From contig JBKPAK010000219.1 in assembly GCA_046726415.1 (NCBI GenBank), forward strand, positions 1 through 12,300: 12,300 nt of DNA, in the 5' to 3' direction. The translations under genes were made by a program, and so were the position numbers. The stretch is from Candidatus Methylomirabilota bacterium (GTDB lineage: Bacteria; Methylomirabilota; Methylomirabilia; Rokubacteriales; CSP1-6). The notes beneath the pieces are model-generated. The model did not search any database, was not told the DNA's origin, and worked only from the letters and a program-made list of their open reading frames with translations. Below are positions 7,436-12,300 of the stretch, one piece after another (position 1 is the first letter of the stretch; each line of letters begins with the position of its first letter).

Positions 7436-8089
7436 ATGGGTTGTACCGTCAGAAGCCTGGTCTTTGGGCTCGCCCTGGGTCTCTCGATTCCGGCGGCTGG
7501 GTGGGCCGACACCATGAACTTCAAGCTGCTCCCCAACTACTCGCGCGCGACCTTCAAGAGCGACGCCCCTCTTGAGACCTTCGTCGGCAACACGGCGGCG
7601 GAGGGCATCAACGGAACGCTGACGGTCGATCCGGCCCGGCCTCAGGAGGCCAAGGGCACGGTGAACGTGGATATGAACGCGGTCAAGACCGGCATCGAGA
7701 AGCGCGACGCCGACATGCGCGGCAAGCCCTATCTCGAGACGGAGAACGAGGCGAACCGCTGGGTGACGTTCGAGATCAAGAGCGTCGAGATCGCCGGTCC
7801 CCTGGAGCCGGGAAAGGCAGTGCCGGCCAAGGTGCGAGGCATCCTCACCGTGAAGCAGAAGCCCTCGGAGCGGGTGGCGGACGCTACCGTCACATACATC
7901 AAGCTGACCCCGGAACAGGTGGAGGCGCAGAAGCGCTGGGGCTTCACGGGCGACAACATCAAGGTTCGGGCAAAGTTCAACACGACCTTCACCGACCATG
8001 CCATGCAGGTCCCGCAGCTGCTCTTTCTCAAGGTCGCCAACGACCTGCAGCTCGAGACAGACCTGGTCTTCGTTCGCGCGACTAGATAG
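7436..8089 (+). CDS. YceI-family exported lipid/polyisoprenoid-binding protein
   Basis: Signal peptide (MGCTVRSLVFGLALGLSIPAAGWA), S.ATFKSDAPLETFVG, GTLTVDP, VKTGIEKRDADMR (YceI TG...RD motif), GILTVK. Strong SD GAGGAGG before ATG 7436; the ORF-track start at 7235 is too far upstream. Confidence 0.85.
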   Translation: MGCTVRSLVFGLALGLSIPAAGWADTMNFKLLPNYSRATFKSDAPLETFVGNTAAEGINGTLTVDPARPQEAKGTVNVDMNAVKTGIEKRDADMRGKPYLETENEANRWVTFEIKSVEIAGPLEPGKAVPAKVRGILTVKQKPSERVADATVTYIKLTPEQVEAQKRWGFTGDNIKVRAKFNTTFTDHAMQVPQLLFLKVANDLQLETDLVFVRATR

Positions 8090-8090
8090 A

Positions 8091-8115
8091 TGGAGGGGGC
8101 GAGACGCCCCCTCCA
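8091..8115. repeat. GC-rich inverted repeat (REP-like hairpin) directly after the yceI stop
   Basis: TGGAGGGGGCG-aga-CGCCCCCTCCA: perfect 11-bp stem with no poly-T tail. Its 3' arm supplies the start of the first tandem unit. Confidence 0.8.
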
Positions 8116-8288
8116 AACCTCCCCCCGCGGGCCGGGCGCGATCGCCGGCTCCAACCTCCCCCGCGGGCGGGGCGCGACCACCGGCCTCCAACCCTCCCGA
8201 AGCTGCGGGGCGCGACCACCGGCTCCAACCTCCCCCGCGCGCGGGGCGCGACCACCGGCCTCCAAACTTCCCCCCCCGGGCGGGGCGC
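8111..8288. repeat. Tandem array of ~37-nt units (4 full + 1 partial)
   Basis: Units start at 8111 (38 nt), 8149 (37), 8186 (37), 8223 (37) and 8260 (29, partial). Consensus CTCCAACCTCCCCCGCGGGCGGGGCGCGACCACCGG(C). A degenerate remnant lies near 8309-8336. Confidence 0.92.
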
Positions 8289-8409
8289 ACCCCTCGAAGG
8301 TTACACAAGCGCGCGGGCGTGACACCACCGGGCCTTCTGATTTCCCAATCGCCCGCGGGATGACACCGCGGCGGCGGAGAAGCGGATTCTGCGTCGGTCG
8401 CGCGGGGTT

Positions 8410-8418
8410 TGCTAAAAT
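8410..8418 (+). promoter_or_regulatory. Putative extended -10 promoter for meaB
   Basis: TG-c-TAAAAT in otherwise very GC-rich DNA, ~45 nt upstream of ATG 8462. Confidence 0.55.
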
Positions 8419-8461
8419 GCGAGGGCTCTTCGCGTCGAGCCCGCGCGTGAGCATCTCCCAG

Positions 8462-9442
8462 ATGAAGCGCGATCCTCTCCAACTCGTCGAGCGCATGCTG
8501 GCCGGCGATCGCTTGGCGCTGGCCCGTCTCATCACGCTCGTCGAAAACCGCGCAGAGGCGGTGCCCGCCATCATGCGCGCCGTCCACTCGCGGAGCCACA
8601 GGGCCTACGCGGTGGGGATCACCGGCCCCCCGGGCGCTGGCAAGTCGACGGTCGTGGACCGACTCGTCGCCCTTCTCCGGGCGGAAGGCGCCGCGGTAGG
8701 AGTGATCGCCGTCGATCCGTCCAGCCCGTTCACCGGAGGCGCGGTGCTCGGTGATCGCATCCGGATGCAGGCCCACGCTCTGGATCCCGGCGTGTTCATC
8801 CGCAGCATGGCCACCCGTGGCTCCCTCGGTGGCCTCGCTCACGCCACCCGCGACGTCATCCGCCTGCTGGCGGCCTTCGGCCATGCGTGGGTCCTCATCG
8901 AGACGGTCGGAGTCGGGCAGACGGAGCTGGACATCATGAAGTTGGCCGACACCACAGTGGTCGTGCTCGTCCCCGAATCCGGAGATGCCGTTCAAACCAT
9001 GAAGGCGGGCCTCATGGAAGCCGCCGACATTTTCGTGGTGAACAAGGCCGACCGGACGGGCGCGCACGGTCTGGTGGCCGAGCTCAAGTTCGCGGCGCAC
9101 CTGCACGACGCGAGCCCGACGACGCCCAAGGACGTGGACTGGCAGATCCCCGTGCTGGCCACCGAGGCCCAAAACAATGTGGGGGTGGCCGAACTGCTGG
9201 CGGAGATCAGGCGCCATCGTGCGGCCCTGGAGTCCACCGGTGCTCTCGAAGCGCGGCGGCGCGCTCGGCGGCAGCAGGAACTCTCGTCTCTCCTGGTGGA
9301 GGAGGTCACCGCTGCCGTGCAACGGCGCATCCGGGCCGGCGACGTCGCGGTGCTCCTGGAGCAGGTGAGGGCCGGCGAGATCGATCCGTACTCGGCGGTG
9401 CAGGCGATCCTGAGGCGGCCCGATCCCCTGACGCCTTCCTGA
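8462..9442 (+). CDS. meaB: Methylmalonyl-CoA mutase-associated GTPase MeaB (ArgK/MeaB family)
   Basis: GDRLALARLITLVEN, P-loop GITGPPGAGKST, AVDPSSPFTGGAVLGDRIRM, FIRSMATRGSLGGL, IETVGVGQ, VVNKAD and DPYSA. Start ATG 8462 (or GTG 8447), not 8090. Confidence 0.94.
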   Translation: MKRDPLQLVERMLAGDRLALARLITLVENRAEAVPAIMRAVHSRSHRAYAVGITGPPGAGKSTVVDRLVALLRAEGAAVGVIAVDPSSPFTGGAVLGDRIRMQAHALDPGVFIRSMATRGSLGGLAHATRDVIRLLAAFGHAWVLIETVGVGQTELDIMKLADTTVVVLVPESGDAVQTMKAGLMEAADIFVVNKADRTGAHGLVAELKFAAHLHDASPTTPKDVDWQIPVLATEAQNNVGVAELLAEIRRHRAALESTGALEARRRARRQQELSSLLVEEVTAAVQRRIRAGDVAVLLEQVRAGEIDPYSAVQAILRRPDPLTPS

Positions 9443-9447
9443 ACCCG

Positions 9448-9456
9448 TGCTATCGT
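9448..9456 (+). promoter_or_regulatory. Putative extended -10 element for the Fe-S oxidoreductase gene
   Basis: TG-c-TATCGT in the 24-nt gap after the meaB stop, 10 nt before ATG 9467. No clear SD. Confidence 0.45.
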
Positions 9457-9466
9457 TGGTGACCGC

Positions 9467-11467
9467 ATGACCTCGGCGGTTCCCTTCCGCGACACATTCT
9501 GGAACGTACCCGTGTGGGGACGGATCGCCCTGTACGTCGGCGGCGCGATCGCCATCGCCATCCTCGCCTACGGGACGTGGCAGCGCATCCAGCGCATTCG
9601 GCAGGGGGGCCCCGAGGCGCGCTTCGACCGGATCCCTGAGCGAATCGGGCTCGTGGTCAAGCACGTGCTCGGGCAAGCGCGCGTGCTGACGCAGGCCTAC
9701 CCCGGAGTCATGCACGCCGTGATCTTCTGGGGTTTCCTCGCCCTCTTCATGGGCACCGTGCTGGCCACCATCGACTGGGACATCACGCTGCCTCTGTTCG
9801 GTTACAAGCTCCTCAAAGGCGACTTCTATCTCGCCTACGAGCTGATCCTCGACCTGTTCGGATTGTTTTTCGTGATCGGTCTCGGTATGGCCGTCTACCG
9901 CCGATTCGTCGTGCGCCCGGCCCGGATCGATGCCACGGCGCACTTCGCCTGGGTGCTGACCCTGCTGTTCGCGATCAATGCGACGGGCTTCGTCATGGAA
10001 GCCTGTCGGCTGGCCGTCGTGAAGCCGTGGTGGGGACCGTGGTCGCCGGTGGGCTACGCGCTCGGTCAGGGGATGCTTGCCCTCGGAATGACGGAGACCG
10101 CCCTCCGCGTGACCCACCTGGGCGTCTGGCTGTTCCATGCGGTGATCGCGCTCGTGTTCGTGGCCATCGTGCCGTACTCATACTTCGTCCACCTCATCAT
10201 CACCCCGCTCAACATCTTCTTCTCGAAGCTGGGGCCGCGTGGGGTCATCACTCCCATCCCGAACATCGAGCAGGTGGCCGAGACGGGGTCGCTCGGCATC
10301 TCCACCCTCCAGGAGTTCTCGTGGAAGCGCCGACTCGACTTCGAGGCCTGCGTGGAGTGCGGACGCTGCCAGGCGGCCTGTCCGGCTTATCTGGCGGGGA
10401 CGCCGCTGTCGCCGAAGCAGATCATCGTCAAGCTGAAGCGCCACCTGCACGGCGAACTGGCCGGCCCCATCCACGGGGAGCTCATCAAGGCCGACGAGCT
10501 GTGGGCGTGCACCACCTGCATGGCCTGCGTCGAGGAGTGTCCCTCCTTCATCGACATCGTCGACACCATCGTCGATCTCCGCCGCTACCTCACGCTCTCC
10601 GAGGGTGCCCTGCCCTCGACGGCCCCCCAGTCGCTGCAAAACATGGAGCGCGCGGGGAATCCCTGGGGACTGCCCGCCTCCGAACGCCTGGCCTGGGCCG
10701 AGGGTCTCGAGGTGCCGATCCTCGAGGCGGGCCAGGAGGTGGAGTACCTGTACTGGGTCGGGTGCTCCGCATCGTACGACAAGCGCAACCAGGCCATCGC
10801 CCGCTCGGTGGTCCGCATCCTCAAGCGCGCGGGGGTGAGCTTCGCGGTCATGGCCGAGGAGCGCTGCCACGCCGAGGTCGGGCGGCGGCTGGGCGAAGAG
10901 TACTTGTATCAGACCCTCGCCCCCACCAACGTGGAGGCCATGAAGCAGTATCGCTTCAAGAAGGTCATTGCCCACTGCCCACACTGCTTCAACACCATCC
11001 GCAACGAGTATCCACAGTTCGGGGGCGACTTCGAGGTCGTCCACCATTCCCAGGTGATCCAGGAGCTGATTGCCAGCGGGCGGGTGAGACCGGCCAAGTC
11101 GCTGCAGGCCACGGTGGCCTTTCACGACTCCTGCTACCTCGGGCGCTACAATGGAATCTTCGACGCTCCGCGCGAAGTGGCGAAATCGGTGCCGGGACTC
11201 CGGCTGGTCGAGCTGCCGCGCAGTCGCGAACGGGGGCTGTGCTGCGGCGGCGGCGGCGGGCACATGTGGATGGAGGTGCAAGCCAAGAAGCGGGTGAACA
11301 TCATACGCGTGGAGGAAGCCCTCGAGTCGAAGGTAGACACGGTGGCCGTCGGTTGCCCGTTCTGCCTGGCCATGATCGATCTCGGCCGCAAGGTGAAGGA
11401 GGCGGAGGGCACCCTGGCTGTCAAGGATGTGAGCGAACTGGTCGCCGAGAGCCTCGACGACGCATGA
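9467..11467 (+). CDS. Membrane-bound heterodisulfide-reductase-related Fe-S oxidoreductase (FadF / EtfD / ETF:menaquinone oxidoreductase-type)
   Basis: N-terminal multi-TM domain with candidate heme-b His residues (MHAVIFWGF, WLFHAV, FVHLI). Two ferredoxin motifs CVECGRCQAACP and CTTCMACVEECP. Two CCG domains (YWVGC..CHAE..CPHC; FHDSCYLGR..CCGGGGG..CPFC). Confidence 0.88.
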   Translation: MTSAVPFRDTFWNVPVWGRIALYVGGAIAIAILAYGTWQRIQRIRQGGPEARFDRIPERIGLVVKHVLGQARVLTQAYPGVMHAVIFWGFLALFMGTVLATIDWDITLPLFGYKLLKGDFYLAYELILDLFGLFFVIGLGMAVYRRFVVRPARIDATAHFAWVLTLLFAINATGFVMEACRLAVVKPWWGPWSPVGYALGQGMLALGMTETALRVTHLGVWLFHAVIALVFVAIVPYSYFVHLIITPLNIFFSKLGPRGVITPIPNIEQVAETGSLGISTLQEFSWKRRLDFEACVECGRCQAACPAYLAGTPLSPKQIIVKLKRHLHGELAGPIHGELIKADELWACTTCMACVEECPSFIDIVDTIVDLRRYLTLSEGALPSTAPQSLQNMERAGNPWGLPASERLAWAEGLEVPILEAGQEVEYLYWVGCSASYDKRNQAIARSVVRILKRAGVSFAVMAEERCHAEVGRRLGEEYLYQTLAPTNVEAMKQYRFKKVIAHCPHCFNTIRNEYPQFGGDFEVVHHSQVIQELIASGRVRPAKSLQATVAFHDSCYLGRYNGIFDAPREVAKSVPGLRLVELPRSRERGLCCGGGGGHMWMEVQAKKRVNIIRVEEALESKVDTVAVGCPFCLAMIDLGRKVKEAEGTLAVKDVSELVAESLDDA

Positions 11468-11817
11468 AGGCGCTGTTGCAGGCGCTGCCCACCATCATGC
11501 GCGCCATCGTCGGCCTGGCCACCGACCCCAACCTTCCGCGCGCGGCCAAGATCGCCCTCGGGGCGGCGGCCCTCTACCTCGCGAGCCCCATCGACCTGGT
11601 GCCTGACTTCATTCCGCTCCTGGGGTATCTCGACGATCTGGTGGTGGCGGCGGTGCTCGTGGACGGCGTGCTGAACTTCGTGGATCGCTCCCTCGTCCTC
11701 CGGTACTGGCCCGCGAGCTCGGAGTCGCTGGAGAAAGTGGCGCGGGTCGCGCACCTGCTGGCGGCATGGGTCCCTCGACGGGTGAAACAGCGCATCTTTT
11801 CGCCGGGCCGCGCTTAG
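11464..11817 (+). CDS. DUF1232 / YkvA-family small membrane protein
   Basis: AKIALGAAALYLASPIDLVPDFIPLLGYLDD signature. ATGA start/stop overlap with the upstream gene; only the last 117 aa of the 596-aa track ORF are the real gene. Confidence 0.9.
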   Translation: MKALLQALPTIMRAIVGLATDPNLPRAAKIALGAAALYLASPIDLVPDFIPLLGYLDDLVVAAVLVDGVLNFVDRSLVLRYWPASSESLEKVARVAHLLAAWVPRRVKQRIFSPGRA

Positions 11818-11995
11818 CCCGCGTCCGCACCCCGTCGCGCCACTCGTGGCTGGTCTCCCGGACCGACCTGGAGCGTGCCAAGGCTCTTTCTCAGAGAGGG
11901 ACGCACAATCGCGCCAGACACGCGCGCGGTTGCGCGGCGCGGCGCCTCGAGCCATGCTCGAACTCGGACTCCGTCTAGGCTACGATGGAAAGTTG

Positions 11996-12300
11996 ATGCG
12001 GTGGCTTGCGGGATGCTTGATCGCTTTCGGCCTCGTGGGAATGGCGGCGGGCTTTCCGGCAGACGAGGGTGGGGTATCCGCCGATCTGGCGCACGCGCGC
12101 CACGAGCTGATCACCAGCACGCGCGAATATCGAGCCAGCCTGGAACGGCTCCTGGCCAAACAGGAGACAGCGGCAACCCGCGCCGAGCAGGCCGCGGCCA
12201 ACCTGCGCCGGCTTCACGAGCAGGGGATCGTCTCGCGACGCGAGCTCGAGGAAGGCGAGCGCGCGGAGTCGAGCACCCGGGCTCACGTGAACGAGACGGG
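11996..12300 (+). CDS. Hypothetical exported coiled-coil protein, 3'-truncated by window edge
   Basis: Not in the ORF track because it has no stop in the window. Translates MRWLAGCLIAFGLVGMAAGFPADEGGVSADLAHARHELITSTREYRASLERLLAKQETAATRAEQAAANLRRLHEQGIVSRRELEEGERAESSTRAHVNET: signal-peptide-like start, then a helical region. In-frame TTG 11993 is an alternative start. TACGAT (-10-like) at 11981-11986. Confidence 0.72.
   Translation, partial: MRWLAGCLIAFGLVGMAAGFPADEGGVSADLAHARHELITSTREYRASLERLLAKQETAATRAEQAAANLRRLHEQGIVSRRELEEGERAESSTRAHVNET

Noticed and set aside
8091-8115. Classical rho-independent terminator after yceI
   Set aside because: Strong stem but no U-tract on either side; kept as a REP-like hairpin instead.
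8111-8288. CRISPR array or TIGR-like guide array (unit length ~37 nt)
   Set aside because: Units are directly adjacent with only ~4-7 variable nt. There are no unique spacers, no dual-spacer layout, and no cas or Nop-domain gene in the window.
8300-8367. Three (G/A)T(T/G)ACAC motifs upstream of the meaB promoter as operator sites
   Set aside because: Irregular spacing, and at least one lies in the decayed repeat remnant, so a regulatory role cannot be supported.
8090-8461. 124-aa Pro/Arg/Gly-rich N-terminal extension of MeaB in the ORF track
   Set aside because: It is read-through of the non-triplet repeat array and promoter region. MeaB similarity starts near 8462, and a -10 element at 8410-8418 lies inside the supposed extension.
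7322-10138. 938-aa antisense ORF
   Set aside because: Shadow frame opposite yceI, meaB and the Fe-S gene. No recognisable motifs, and long stop-free antisense frames are expected in high-GC coding DNA.
10027-11463. Long alternative-frame extension of the DUF1232 ORF (596 aa), or a frameshift fusion
   Set aside because: Arg/Pro/Gly-rich off-frame translation overlapping the intact Fe-S oxidoreductase. A clean ATGA coupled start exists at 11464.

Overview
High-GC bacterial chromosomal window, almost entirely coding and mostly on the + strand. The style suggests Methylomirabilota/Ca. Rokubacteria, but that is an unverified impression. Gene order: 3' end of thiI, glyA, nrdR, a cobalamin-binding radical SAM enzyme with an extra C-terminal domain, a convergent atypical PyrE-like phosphoribosyltransferase (- strand), tsaB-rimI, a three-gene exported redox module (di-heme cytochrome c, lipoprotein class II cytochrome c, YceI-family protein), a hairpin plus ~37-nt tandem repeat array, meaB, a FadF/EMO-type membrane Fe-S oxidoreductase, a DUF1232/YkvA protein, and the 5' part of a secreted coiled-coil protein. 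No mobile element, CRISPR array or tRNA/rRNA was seen. Most notable: (1) the di-heme cytochrome has a contracted CxCH (CGCH) first heme motif; (2) the yceI gene is bracketed by a 16-nt element upstream and exact inverted copies of it in the downstream structured repeat array; (3) the radical SAM enzyme appears fused to a degenerate DUF2229-like domain; (4) several genes look leaderless or nearly so. All family assignments come from motif recognition by eye, not database searches.
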